DNA from: an uncultured Armatimonadia bacterium
Lineage (GTDB): Bacteria; Armatimonadota; Zipacnadia; Zipacnadales; VGFC01
NCBI GenBank assembly: GCA_964555935.1
Contig: CAZKUN010000018.1
Location: 1 to 53,838 of the forward strand
Direction of reading: 5' to 3'
DNA length: 53,838 nucleotides
The first letter of the stretch is position 1, and each line of letters starts with the position of its first letter. Below the pieces are notes generated by a model. That model was not told where the DNA came from, did no database searches, and worked only from the letters and a program-made list of their open reading frames with translations. The translations under genes were made by a program, and so were the position numbers. Below, piece by piece: positions 26,811 through 38,701 of the stretch.

Positions 26811-29800
26811 TCAGGCTTCGTCGTCTGTATCCTCGTCGGGATCGTCCTCGGCGTCTCCGCGTATGTACGCGCCGAAGCGCCCGTAAAGGAATGCCACGCC
26901 AAGGAGGATCAGCCCGAGGACGCCGAACGAGATCATCCGGTGCAGCGATCCCAGTTTCAGGAGGCGCAGGTCGTATGCGAACAGCTTCGCGAGCGCCAGC
27001 CCGAAGAGGCAGAGCGATAGCCAACGCGATGTGGCCTGGCGAGCGGACACACCCGCGGCCAGCCATCCCGCAGCGTAGAGTGACCAAACCACGGAGATTG
27101 CGACATGGCCCGCGTGGTGCCAGTTGGATGCGGATGGCCACTGGGTGTGGCGGAAGAAATGGAACGTCTCCAGCGTCAGGGCGAACAGCGCCAGCAGCGC
27201 CCCGCTGACGGAGAAGTAGCCGGGATTGGCCAGCGACTGCTCGCTAGCGGAGAGGTCGTCGCGATACCTATGGACCATCCAGGCTATCAGCGCAACCGTC
27301 CCGACCACCAGCGCCATGGCGAGGGCTCGGGCGTTGAGGAATGGCAGCCAGGCCGCTTTGGCTGAGGGCATCGACACGGCGAGCGCGAGCGCGGCTCCGC
27401 AGATCCATGTCATCGACGCCGTCCAGCGCAAGGCCTCCAGACGCCATCTCAACCCGAGCGCCATGCCCGCGGCCGACGCAACGGCCCATACGGCCGCGAC
27501 CACGCACCATCCGGTGAGCTGCCAGTCCGTCCCCGAGTCGCCGCCGTTCCAGTGGACCATGCTACGAGCTTCGACGGTCGACGCCCACACCGCCAGCACC
27601 ATGCCGGTGACGGCAAAGACCGTTGGCGTGAGGACGTGGCGCTCGTCTTCCGTGGCGTCGCTATCCTCGTTCAGGTACATCCACGCGGCCAAGACAATCC
27701 CGCCGAGCCCGAGCATCGCGGCGAGCATGCGCCAGTTGATGAACGGTATCCAAAGCTCGTTGTGGGAGAGGCTACCTGCGACCAGGGCCGTCCCGACCGC
27801 CCCGGCCCCAATCGCGAAGCCAAGGTAGCGCAACGGGCGCATCCGCCAGGCCATCCCGATTCCCACGCTCGTAATCCCGAGCACCGCCCACATCGCCCCC
27901 AAACCTAGCCACGTCGGGAGTGCGAGGTCTGTACCCACGGGGGAGGCGACGTCGAAGATACGACAGACCTCAATCGACAGCCAGCAGGTAACCAGCACGC
28001 TCACGACCACGGCGAAGCCGCTGGTCGCCATGAATGAGCGTTCCCCGTCACTCAGTTTGTCGCCGGTATGGTGACGCACGAAACCGATCGCCGCCGTGCA
28101 GGCGATGAGGAGGATGAACGCCAACCCGCGGAAGCTCACAAAGGGCGTCCACTCGGCGCCGAAGGACGGTGCCGACACGCATAGCCCGGTCGCCACTGCA
28201 AGTCCCCAGAAGGCGCACCCACACCAGCGCAAGGCCGGGAGCCGCAAGGGAATCCCGGCAAGGAACGTCAGGAGCCCGAGAACGACCCACATGCCCGTCA
28301 GCGCGAACCACGTGCCGTAGGTCCGATCGAGGCCATCAGGCATCGAGACTCCGAAGACACGGGTGACCTCGATGGTCAGCCACCAGGTCACCAGCACGCT
28401 CGCCAAGACCGCGAAGCCGCCAGTCGGGAGAGATGTGCGTTCCCGCTCGCCCATCTTGTCTTCGGCGTGATGCCGCACGTAGGCGAGGGCCGCCGTGCAG
28501 ATGATGAGGAGGATGAACGCCAGCCCGCGGAAGTTCGCGAAGGGCTCCCACTCCACGCCAGAGGACGGAATCGACACGCACAGCCCGGTCGCCATCGCGA
28601 GAGCCCAGAAGACGCATCCCCACAAGCGCAAGGCCGCTAGCCGCAGCCCGAGGCCGACAGAGAAGGTCAGCAACCCCAGCACGACCCACATTCCCGTCAG
28701 CGTGAACCAAGTCCCGTAGTTTCGGTCGATGCCGGCAGGCACGTGGATGCCGAAGGCGCGCGTGACCTCGATGGTCAGCCACCAGCCAACCAGCAGGGCC
28801 GTTGTTGCGGCAAAGCTGCTGACGGGCATCCCTTCGCGCTCGCCATCGCCCATCCGCTCGCGGTGGATATGGCGCAGTAGCCCAATCCCAGCCGCGCCGA
28901 CTATCGCCAGCACGAACGTGAACGTCCGCAAGCTCAGGAAGGGAGCTCACTCGGCTCTGAAGGACAGCACGGACACGCAGACCATCAGCACGATGGCTGC
29001 CCCCCCGACCGCCGACCCCGTCCAGTGCCACGCCTGTGCGCGTCCATACAGCCTGATCAGCGCGTAGAGGACCGCGCAAGCCATGGCGACCATGGCCGCG
29101 GCGAACCATGCCTGCGGCATCCATCCGATCGCCCCCACCAGCGGCCCGTGAGCGACGATGCTCCACATCTCCTCGGCCAGACCCGTCGCCGCGACGACGC
29201 CGGCCGCCGCCGCAAGAGCCATCTCAGTGCCGGACTCGATCGTCCCACGCGCCCAGCGCTTGAGCGTCCCCGAACATCCGAGGGCTGCGGCGACGACCAG
29301 TGCCGCGATGAACCGCGGATTCAGCAAGCCAGGCCAATCGTACATTACGGATGATCCTCCCAGCACCACCGTCGCGAGTCCGGTGCCGAGGAGTGCCGTC
29401 ATGGCGATCTCATACACGAACTGCAGCCTCGACCGCAGTCCCACGCCATACACGACCGAGATGATGGCGGCCCATGCCGCCCAGATGCAGAGCCAGGCGG
29501 CGCTGCGCCAGTGGGGGTGGAAGGCCGGGAACCACGCTTCGTGGCTGAACGCTCCGAGAATCTCACGCGCCGTGAGCGCGCAGAGCGCAATGCCAGAGGC
29601 CAGCGTCATCACGCCCGCCGTCGAGCGCTCATCGTCGTCGGCCTCGCTGAGCTTCAGATACAGCCAGGCGGTTGCTGCCGCGGATCCGGCGAGCACGAGG
29701 TAGAGCGCGCCGCGCTCGTTGATCAGCGCCAGGTCGTAGGGCAGCGTCACGCGCGCGTCGACCCACACCGTGTAGCACGCCGCCAGTCCCCAGACACCCA

Positions 29801-31499
29801 GGCCGGCGCCACGCAACTCAGGGCGCTTGCTGGCGAATCCCAGCGCCACCAAAACGGCCGCTTCCGCCGCCCAGGCCATCGCCAGCGGATGCCCGCCGAC
29901 CAGCAGCGGGAAGCCTATCGTCAGGAACGCCAATCCCATTCCGAGGTTGCAGTAGAGGAGACTCTTGTCATTCGGCAGACGCCTGACCGTCTCGATCAGG
30001 AGCCCGGCGAAGAAGGCGGCCAAGATGAACGCCAGCGCCGCGCGGTGCCACCGAGGGTCTCCGGGGAGCATGTAGAGCGCCGTCGTCGAGTACGCAACGG
30101 TTGCGAGGGCCACCAGCGACACGTCGGCCCAATCGGCTACTTTCCGCAGGCGCAAGGCGTATAGCGAGCCGATCCCGACGAACAGGACGAAATTGACGCT
30201 CAGGAACGGCAGGACGGTCCAAAGGAGTCCGTCGTTGTATTTGCCGATGAACCACGAGACCAGCAGCACCAGCGTGGCGACGAACGAGATGAGGTTCATC
30301 TCCCGCCAGCGTCTGAAGGCCGACACGGCGAGGATGCCACCGTTGAGACACGTCACGTAGGCCCAAAAGCGGATTGCATAGTCTGGCCCGCCGTGGGAAC
30401 TCTTGAGCAGGAATGGCGTCGCGAACCCACCGAGGGTGGCCAGGAGGATCAGCGCGCGCGAATCATGTCTCACCGACATGCCCGCGCAGATCGCCGTTAC
30501 GACGGCCATCAGACCGAAGGGCAGGAGAATGTCGGCGAACAGGCCGTACCGTATGGCGGCGGCCCAGATGCTCAGGTAGAGCACGCCGACGCCCGCGCCG
30601 GTCAGGCCCTCCGGGTACCAGCTCTCGGTGCGCTTGCGCGCCAATTCGGCGGCCCCAACCATCCCCAGCCCCAGCACCACGCCAAGCGCAACGCGCCCTT
30701 CCGGCTGGATGAACTTCCATCCGTAGGCCAAACCAAAAGCCGCCGCGATGAGGACCAAGCCGGAACCGGCCCATAGGGCCAACTTGCCGCCGATCAACGC
30801 CTCCCAATCGATTGCCTTGCGTGCCTTCCGTTTGCGCGGCGCGGGAGTCGAAGGAGGACGCGCGGGCTCAGGCTCGCGGGCGACAGACGCGGCCGGCCTG
30901 ACGGGTTCAGGCTTCGGCTCAGGCTGAACGACCGGAGGCGGTTCAGGCTTCGGTTCGGGCTCCGGGTCAGGCGGCACGACCGGAGGTGGCTCGGGCGCGA
31001 CCGGAGGAGGCGCGACCGGCTCGCGAGGACGCAACGCCTTGCGCATCTCCTCGGCGGCCTGCTTCCGGTACTTCTCCGCCGCGCGAGCGGACGAGGTTTC
31101 CGGCATCGACACCGGCTTGCGCGCTGCTGGCTTAGGGGCATCAGCCACGGGCTCGGGCTGCGGTTCGGGATCCACTTCGGAGAGTTCGACGGCGGGTTTA
31201 GACGCCGGTTCTGCCAGGGGAGCATCGACCAGCGGCGGCGCGAACCGGGAGTCGTCGGGTTCTGACGAACCGAGGGCCGCCTCGAGCGCGCGGACTTTCT
31301 CGCTGAGTTTGGCCACTTCATCCTTGGAGCCGAGGTCACGCATGGAGTCGCGGAGCTGCGTGACGTACCGTCCTAACGTATCGACCTCGCGCCGGGCCGC
31401 GCTCGCGTCAGAACTCGCCTTGATGAGGAGGAAGATGACGATGAGGACGACTGGCGCGACGATGAAGACGCCGACTCCGAATACCCACAGTCCACCCAT
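26811..31499 (-). CDS. Giant DUF2339-family polytopic membrane protein interrupted by one in-frame TGA (28947-28949); 1562 codons if read through
   Basis: GGAGG RBS; N-terminal TM, coiled coil, Pro-rich linker, then DWEALIGGKLALWAG and LATLGGFATPFLL; C-terminal KLFAYDL..L....RMISFGVLGLILL. ORFs 28947-31499 and 26811-28931 are in the same frame. Confidence 0.85.
27950..29010 (-). repeat. Intragenic 399-bp (133-aa) tandem repeat units
   Basis: Matching blocks 399 bp apart: GCCGTGCAG at 28093/28492, GTGACCTCGATGGTCAGCCACCA at 28363/28762, Trp-position codons at 28149/28548/28947. Outer limits approximate. Confidence 0.85.
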
Positions 31500-31644
31500 C
31501 CGAGCACCTCCACGAGTTGGCTACTACTGTAAGCGTAGCCGCCATCGTCGCCACCGCAGCGTGGCGCAAGACCCAATGAGGGCGATCCATGGACCTAGTG
31601 TTCTGGGCCCTACGGCGTCGGGGGCTCAGGCCGATCGGGCAGTC

Positions 31645-32304
31645 CTATGGGGTATCTGTCAGTCCATACCGCACGGCAAGCAGCGCTGCTTCGATGCGAT
31701 CGGTGACGTTGAGTTTGGCGAGGATGCTCGACACGTGGTTCTTGACGGTCTTCTCACTGATGAACAGCTCTTCCGCGACCTCTCTGTTGCGCATGCCCTT
31801 GCCCAGCAGAGCGAGGATCTCCATCTCGCGCTTGCTGAGTTCGGCGAATACTTCCTTGCCATGGGCGCGCAGGCGATTGACACGAGCAAACTCCTGCATG
31901 ACGACCACCGCGCGGGATGGCGAGAGGTAGCCGCCTCCTCTGGCGACGACGCGAATCGCCTCGACGACCTCGGCGGGTGGAGCGCTCTTGATCACGTATC
32001 CACGCGCGCCGGCTTTGACAGCTTCGAACACGCTCTTGTCATCATCGAGGACGGTTAGCATGACGACGGCGCACTCGGGCATCTCCTCCGCGATCCGACG
32101 GGTCGCGTCGATGCCATCCATCTTGGGCATGTTGATGTCCATGAGGATGACGTCGGGCTTCCGCGCCTCCGCCGCGACGATCGCAGCCTCACCATTGGCC
32201 GCATCGCCGACGGCATCGATGTCTTCCTCAAGGTTGAGAAGACTCACCATGGCGTGGCGGAGCATGGTCTCGTCGTCAACGACCAGAACGCGAATCTTCG
32301 GCAT
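31645..32304 (-). CDS. NarL/LuxR-family response regulator, 219 aa
   Basis: MPKIRVLVVDD, PDVILMDINMPKMDG, GARGYVIK; HTH LSKREMEIL..G..NREVAEELFISEKTVKNHVSSILAKL. Confidence 0.95.
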   Translation of the reverse strand: MPKIRVLVVDDETMLRHAMVSLLNLEEDIDAVGDAANGEAAIVAAEARKPDVILMDINMPKMDGIDATRRIAEEMPECAVVMLTVLDDDKSVFEAVKAGARGYVIKSAPPAEVVEAIRVVARGGGYLSPSRAVVVMQEFARVNRLRAHGKEVFAELSKREMEILALLGKGMRNREVAEELFISEKTVKNHVSSILAKLNVTDRIEAALLAVRYGLTDTP

Positions 32305-32417
32305 CTGGTAATTCCCCTTACTGTATCCAGGGAGTGCTCCCACGGCAGTATTGGCTCCGGGTCGATGGTTGTCCTGCCGGCGGGAGGGTGGAAGATGCAG
32401 CGGGGCGGGTAGGGACG

Positions 32418-35271
32418 TCAGGCGTCGAGGACGCCGCGAACGGCCTGAGCGAGAGCGTCGGGAGTGAATGGCTTCCCCAGGAAGGGGGTGTCTCCTACCG
32501 TCACGCCATGGTGGGCGACCGTCTCCGGAGCGTAGCCTGACATGAAGAGCACCTTCAGGTCCGCACGGCACTTGAGGAGGCGTTCGTAGAGTTCGCCGCC
32601 GCCGCCGTCTGGCATCACCACGTCCGAGAGCAGCAGGTCAACGCTATCGCCTACCTCGGCGAACAACTCGTCCGCGTCAGCGGGGCTCGCGCAAGGAACA
32701 ACGTGGTAGCCCTGTGCCTCCAGGATGCGCTGCGCGATCCCGCGGACCACATCTTCATCCTCCACGAGCATGATCGTCTCGGAGCCGCGTGGACGATCCC
32801 GCTCGCCCGTGACCGCGACATCCGCCCCCACGGGCCCCTCGGCGCGCGGCAACAATACGGTGAACGTAGTGCCTTCGCCGACAACGCTGTCGACAGCGAT
32901 GTGGCCACCGTGCTGCCCGACGATACCGTAGACGGTCGCGAGCCCCAGCCCGGTGCCGCTCCCGACCTCCTTACGTGGTGTAGAAGGGTTCGAAGATGTG
33001 CTCTCGCACACCATCAGCCATCCCAACGCCCGAGTCGCTGACGGCCAGGGCGACGTAGTTTCCGGGGTCAGGGCCGGCGGATTCAGCCACGTCTTCCGAG
33101 TCGATCTTGACGGGCGCCGTGCGGATCTCAAGCTCGCCGCCGCCCGGCATCGCGTCGCGAGCGTTGACCGCGAGGTTCATCAGGATCTGCTCCATCTGAC
33201 CGGGGTCGGCGTCAACGAGACAGGGCTCATCAGCCGGCGTGAACCGCAGGTCGATGTCCTCACCGATCAGCCGCCGAAGCAGGCGGATGGTATCCTGGAC
33301 CAGAGCGTTGGTGTCGATGACGACACGAGCGAGCGGCTGGCGCCGACTGAACGCGAGCAACTGCGTCACAAGCGCCGCGGCCCGATCCACCAAGCCGCGC
33401 ACGTGAGCGAGGTCCTCGCTCGCCGAGGGCAAGTGCTCGACATCGTCTGCGATCAGCTCGGTATACCCGCCGATGCCCGTTAGGATGTTGTTGAAGTCGT
33501 GAGCCACGCCACCGGCGAGAGTCCCAACGGACTCGAGCTTAGAGCGCTCGCGGGCGCGTTCTTCAAGCAGGCGTTGGTGGGTGACGTCTTCAGTGACCAG
33601 CAGGACGCGAGTCTCTTCTTGCCCGTCGGCACGCGACATCCGCACGCCTGACACGCGGATGTCGAACAACCGGGGCTCGTGATGCTCGGACACGTGGCGG
33701 ACGCCCAGAATCTCAGCCTGGCCACGGGTCCACGCAGCCTCTCGGATTCGGGCCATGATCTCGCCCTGGGTCGGCTCCAGATCGATGTCGAAGATCTCCT
33801 CCACGCTCCGGCCGATGCCGCCATCGGTCTCCACGTGTCGCTGCTCGACGAACCGCCGGTTCGCCATGAGGACGTTCAGGTCACCGTCGAGCACGAGCAA
33901 GGCCAGAGGGATCGTCTCGATCGTCGCGACGTTCAGGTGCAGGGCGTCCTGCAGTTGCCGCTCGTGCCCTCGCAGCTCATCCTCGCCCCGCTTGCGTTCA
34001 ATGATCGATCCGAGCAGCGTGGCATACACGGCGAAGACATTCTGCAAAGTCTCATGCAACTCGCCGCCGCTGATCGCCGCGTCATTGTAGAGCACGCCGA
34101 TCAGCTTCTCGCCACTGCAAACCGGCGTGACCACGGTCCACGATTCCGCGAGGCGATCGTACTCGCCATCCACCCACTCCATGGCAGGTCCATCGAAGCG
34201 GACCCAGCGCGCGTCGCCCGGCGCAGCCGGTGGCAGGGCGCGCCACCAATCTAGCTCAGTCTTCCCACGGGCGACTCGCTCGTCGGAGGTCGTGCCGTCG
34301 ATTCTCGTGCCGTAGGTCCCCACGATCTCTTCGCCATCCACCAAGAACAGCGAACAGCGCTCCACGCCAAGCCTCTCCCGAGCCAGCTCAACCGCGCGTC
34401 GGTAGAGGGTGTCTAAGTCCGGGCAGGCCATCAGCTCGTCGGCCGTGTCGAGGACTTGCTGCAGGCCGAACGTCATGGCTTTGCGCCGGCGGTCAGCCTG
34501 AACAGACTCCGTGATGTCGGTCATGGTGTGGACGAGGCTCCGCAGCTCGCCGAGGTCATCCAGAACGGGGTCCACGCTGACTCTCCACCAACGGCCCTCC
34601 ATTTCCGTCTGCATCACCTCGCGCCGGAGGTGCTTGCCCGCCGCCACGAGGGGGCAGCCGTCGGGCGCGTCGTCGGTCCCGTGGAGCAGGCGGTAGCAGC
34701 GCTGCCCGATGATCTCGGAGTAGCGCCGACCTAGCAGCGTCACCATGGCCCGGTTGCAGCGGCGGATCATGCCATCGGGCGTCACAACCATGATGGCATC
34801 ACTGATGCCGTCGAAGGTCGCCCGCCACTCCAGGGCGGCGTTGACACGTTCGCGTTCGGCGTCACGCCGGGCTCGGACGTTTCGGGACTCGCGCAGGACC
34901 CGCTGCACGATCGCGGGCATGCCGGCGAGGGTCTCGGGGGATTTGACGATGTACTCGATGGCGCCGGACTTGATGGCCTCGACGGCCGCCTGCTCGTCCG
35001 CGAAGCTCGTCATGATGACGACAGGGGGATGATCCGCCGCGCCGCGCCCGTCGATGAGTTCTGTGCCGACGCCGTCGGGCAGGCGGACGTCCGCCACGAC
35101 AACATTGTGAGAGTGATCGGCGAGGGCTTCCCAGGCGCCGGCGAGCGAGTCGACGATCCGCACATCGTGACCCGTGGCATCCTGGGAAAAGGCGGCCCGC
35201 AGCAGGTCCGCGTGATCACCATCGTCCTCGACGACCAGGACGCGCACGGGCTCTGGCGTCAACTGTTCCAC
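32418..35271 (-). pseudogene. Hybrid sensor histidine kinase (REC-PAS-GAF-PAS-HisKA-HATPase-REC) with a 1-nt insertion; ~950 aa if repaired
   Basis: LAGGVAHDFNNIL, NLAVNARDAM, DSGVGM; FEPFYTT|KEVGSGTGLGL is broken by an extra base at 32973 (ACG-T-AAG) that creates TAA; the final REC domain is in ORF 32418-33131. Confidence 0.85.
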
Positions 35272-35385
35272 GATACGCCGCCTCTACAGGGGTTAGGCGC
35301 AGCCTGCCTCGCGCCAGGCCGCCTACCGACAGTTCGGGATGTGCCAAGTGCTATCCTGCCGACGCCGGAGGAAACGACGGCGCGC

Positions 35386-37671
35386 TCACTTCGCCACGCT
35401 CACGATCGCGTGCCCCGCCACATCCACGGCGCCGCGGGGCGTGTCTACCGTCTTCGTCGCATCCCCGTGGTTGTAGATCAAGATCTCCTCGGTCGTCACC
35501 GCCACGTAGACCTGGTCCGCCTCACCGTCGATCGACGCTTCTGCGCTGAGGCCCGGCAGTCCATACTGCTCTGGCGCCCTGATGATCGCCCCCATTGCCT
35601 CTGCAATGGCTCCAGCGCCTTCGCCCAGCGCCGCGACGACAAAGCCCTTGCCCACTTTCACCACGTTCGCCACTGGATCCGCCGACTCGCGGCTACCGTC
35701 TAACGGCTCAATCGCGATCTCCCGCAGCATCACCGCGAGGTCACGCGCGTCATCGCCCTCGCCTGCTGCTTTGGGGCTCCAGGTCGCCGAGTCAAACGTG
35801 ATCGCGATCTCCCGGCTCCCCGCATCCGGGGCGAAGACAAATTCGCCCATCTCGTTCGGCTGAGCTTCCTGCTGCAGGCGTTCATCCACGAGTATCCTCA
35901 TCGGCCGCGGCACGGGTCCGGTCCGGTAGGGGATGCGCACGCGACACGACTCCTCCGGCAGTGGGATGTGGAACGTCACAGTGCCTCCGGTCCAGCAGAC
36001 CCGGCCGCTCGTGCGCCACAGGCTGTCGGGTTCTGGGCCATACAGGACGCCCTCACGCCAGACACCATCGCTCTCTGAGTCCGGCAGGTACGGCACTGCG
36101 TGGGACCTGAACGACTGCTTTGTGGCGGCGTGCTCACCCGGGAAGATCGCCTCGCCTTCGGGCGTCTCCGGCGTCCACCCCGCCGGCACGAGCAGCGTCA
36201 TCCCTTTGCGCACCGCCTGCTTGATCCGTCCCGCCGTCTCCTTCTCCGTGATCGGCCCGGCGCCCCACACCAACATGCTCAGCCCATCCAGCGCTCCATC
36301 CTCGATCATCAGCTCATCCACGTAGTCGATGTCGCACCGGTCTCTCGCCTGCCGACCCACGGCCGCGAGATTCCCCGCCTGGTTCAGGTCCATCGACGTC
36401 CGTGACCAAAACACGCCTACCTCCACCACGGGCTCGCGCATAGTCAGCATGTCGAGGTTCGCCTTGTAGCGCTCGCCCCGCTCACCATTGGGCGGGTTGT
36501 CGTAGTGAAACAACTCCCACGCGCCCGCCGCCACGGCGTTATAGACCCTCGCCACGATGCCGTTCGTGTCTACCGCGCCCGCCGGCTCGTACCCGAAGTA
36601 CGTGTCGTACTGTCGACAGGCGCTGCTGATATGCCTCGTGACATGGAAGTTCGTCGCGTAGTCGCTCGCCTCGTTCGTGATCCGCATGCCGGCCCCGTGC
36701 CGGGCGACCATCTTGCTCTGCGCCGACATGTCCGCGCCTAGTTCCGCGGTAGCTCCGCCACCCGTGCACAGCATCACCGGGACGTCCGGCGCGATCGTCC
36801 GAGTCGTCTCGACCCACCACTCCGAGAAGTCCGTCATCGCTCCCATGTACCACCGCGTCATGTCCAGCCGGGCCCTCCGCGAGTGGTTGTCATCCGGAAC
36901 GAATGGCTCCACGTCCGCGAACGACCCGTGCTCCGTCGTCCACGCCTTGTTCAACCGTTCGATCCGCTCGTACTTCGCGCGCATCTTCTCCCGGAAATCG
37001 ACCCTCGCATGCTCGTCGCCGCACCACCATCCGAGGTGCTGCGGGTAATGTCCGTCCCAGATCCACGTCCATCCGTTTCCGCCCGCCGTATAGATCGACT
37101 CCCCGAACACGCCGCTGATCCCGAGCAACGCGGCCTGCATGTCGGCATGGTCGTAGTGATCGAAGAACCGCTCCAGCCACGCCTTGATTCTGGGTTTGAT
37201 GTGCGGGTTCCAGATCGATTGGTCCCGGCTCGCATCCCCCGTTGCCAGGTCCACCGCGAACACGCTCTCGTCTGATTCCTTGAACCACGGCGGCGTCGCG
37301 TACGCCGGCCCGGCGATCAGGAAAGGAGTCCACTTCAGCCCGTGTTTCTTGTACTCCGCAAGCTCCGCGTCATAGAACTCCGGATCCCACTCGCCCTCCT
37401 TGGGCTCCAGCAGCATCCACTTCACGTACGGCTCGAACGCGGTGACCCCATGTTCGGCATATAGCGGGCCATTGGCATCCCAGTGCGCCCGGACGCGCTC
37501 CGTCCCGCCTCGCAGCTCGCCCCGTTCATTGAACGCCGTCGCCCCCGCCTCGATGCTATCGACCTGCCACCCGACATCATTGCCACACGTCACCACCATC
37601 GGATCTCCGGGCCGCGGGTCGATCGGGGGTTGCGCCGTCGCTGCGTTCATGAGCAGTATTATCCCTATCAC
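35386..37671 (-). CDS. Secreted GH42/GH14-like glycoside hydrolase, 761 aa
   Basis: AAGGAGG RBS, GTG 37671; YVKWMLLEPKEGEWD, YATPPWF, KYERIERLNKAWTT, ITNE, FGYEPAG; trimerisation-like domain DYVDELMIEDGAL. Confidence 0.7.
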   Translation of the reverse strand: MIGIILLMNAATAQPPIDPRPGDPMVVTCGNDVGWQVDSIEAGATAFNERGELRGGTERVRAHWDANGPLYAEHGVTAFEPYVKWMLLEPKEGEWDPEFYDAELAEYKKHGLKWTPFLIAGPAYATPPWFKESDESVFAVDLATGDASRDQSIWNPHIKPRIKAWLERFFDHYDHADMQAALLGISGVFGESIYTAGGNGWTWIWDGHYPQHLGWWCGDEHARVDFREKMRAKYERIERLNKAWTTEHGSFADVEPFVPDDNHSRRARLDMTRWYMGAMTDFSEWWVETTRTIAPDVPVMLCTGGGATAELGADMSAQSKMVARHGAGMRITNEASDYATNFHVTRHISSACRQYDTYFGYEPAGAVDTNGIVARVYNAVAAGAWELFHYDNPPNGERGERYKANLDMLTMREPVVEVGVFWSRTSMDLNQAGNLAAVGRQARDRCDIDYVDELMIEDGALDGLSMLVWGAGPITEKETAGRIKQAVRKGMTLLVPAGWTPETPEGEAIFPGEHAATKQSFRSHAVPYLPDSESDGVWREGVLYGPEPDSLWRTSGRVCWTGGTVTFHIPLPEESCRVRIPYRTGPVPRPMRILVDERLQQEAQPNEMGEFVFAPDAGSREIAITFDSATWSPKAAGEGDDARDLAVMLREIAIEPLDGSRESADPVANVVKVGKGFVVAALGEGAGAIAEAMGAIIRAPEQYGLPGLSAEASIDGEADQVYVAVTTEEILIYNHGDATKTVDTPRGAVDVAGHAIVSVAK

Positions 37672-37747
37672 GTTTACGCCTCCTTGCGAGCGGCCAGCGT
37701 TCGCGCTACCGGAAGGACCCTCCTCTCTCGGCGACCAACCACAGGCC

Positions 37748-38671
37748 ATGGCACTGCTAGCGTTGCTGCTGATTCCATGCGCGGAAGCGTCGACCGACAT
37801 GACCGTCAAGCTCGAAGGCACGGCCACGGGCCAAGACTTCCCGGCACTGCTCATCCACCTCGCTCGGGACGGTGAGGACTGCGGTCACCTGCGAATCCGC
37901 TTCCCCGAGGGGATCGACGCCAACCTCGCCGGCACGCGCGAGCACCTCAAATTCTACCAAGACCTCAGGAGCCCCGCCTGGCCGGCCAAGCTTGAGACCG
38001 AGCCCACGAACCTCCCCGTCGACTGGGCGGGCGACGACCAATCCGTCTCCTACGAGATGACATTTGACAACGGCATGGTCCTCAAGGCCAAGGCCACGGT
38101 GGATGGCGCCACCGTGACGCTCTCTTACGAACTCCTCAACGCCACCGACATCGACCTCTCCAGTTGCCAGATCTGGAGCTGCAACATCGCCACGTTCTGC
38201 CCGCCCATCGCCGACCATCTGCTCGAGCGCACGGGGATAATGGTCGATGGGAGCTTCCGTCTGTTCCGCGATCTCGTCCCGACCTTCAAGCCCTGGGATC
38301 GACCGGACGCGGAGTACCAGCGTTTCGGCGGCTACCCCGAGGGGACGATCCCCAAGACCGAGAATCCGATGGTTCATCCCCATCCGGGATTCCCGGATGA
38401 CCCCACGAAGAGCAACTACTTCTACCACGCCACAAAGCCCTTCGATTTCGGCGTCATTGCCACGACGTCAATCGATGGCACGTGGGCCGTCGCGACGATC
38501 GGCGAGGGCGTCAACGCCGTCTGGACAAACCCAGGGATCTCCTGCCAGCACGCCGACCCCGCCGGCAAGCCGTTGCCGCCCGGAGAGACGCTCGAGGCTG
38601 GCAAGACGATCCATCTCATTGAGGGCGACACCCAGGCCCTCGAAGCGCGCCTCGGAGAACTCGCCCCGTAG
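37748..38671 (+). CDS. Hypothetical secreted protein, 307 aa
   Basis: Short signal-like N-terminus MALLALLLIPCAEA; coding-like codon usage; C-terminal WTNPGISCQHADP. Divergent from the GH42-like gene. Confidence 0.7.
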   Translation: MALLALLLIPCAEASTDMTVKLEGTATGQDFPALLIHLARDGEDCGHLRIRFPEGIDANLAGTREHLKFYQDLRSPAWPAKLETEPTNLPVDWAGDDQSVSYEMTFDNGMVLKAKATVDGATVTLSYELLNATDIDLSSCQIWSCNIATFCPPIADHLLERTGIMVDGSFRLFRDLVPTFKPWDRPDAEYQRFGGYPEGTIPKTENPMVHPHPGFPDDPTKSNYFYHATKPFDFGVIATTSIDGTWAVATIGEGVNAVWTNPGISCQHADPAGKPLPPGETLEAGKTIHLIEGDTQALEARLGELAP

Positions 38672-38701
38672 CCCTGCCGTCGCTACCCGCATGGAGTGAC
38701 C

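Noticed and set aside
28947-28949. Alternative genetic code or selenocysteine at the in-frame UGA
   Set aside because: Many genes here end in TGA at their expected C-termini (e.g. 678, 12066, 49741), so UGA is a stop. The aligned residue is Trp, not Cys, and I see no convincing bacterial SECIS.
30840-31200. Short repeats such as GGTTCAGGCTTCGG as a possible CRISPR or VNTR
   Set aside because: They encode the PEPKPEP Pro-rich linker of the DUF2339 protein; no constant repeat-spacer period and no cas genes.
31039-32058. 339-aa + strand ORF
   Set aside because: Antisense shadow of the LuxR regulator and the DUF2339 5' end; the opposite strand carries the recognisable motifs.
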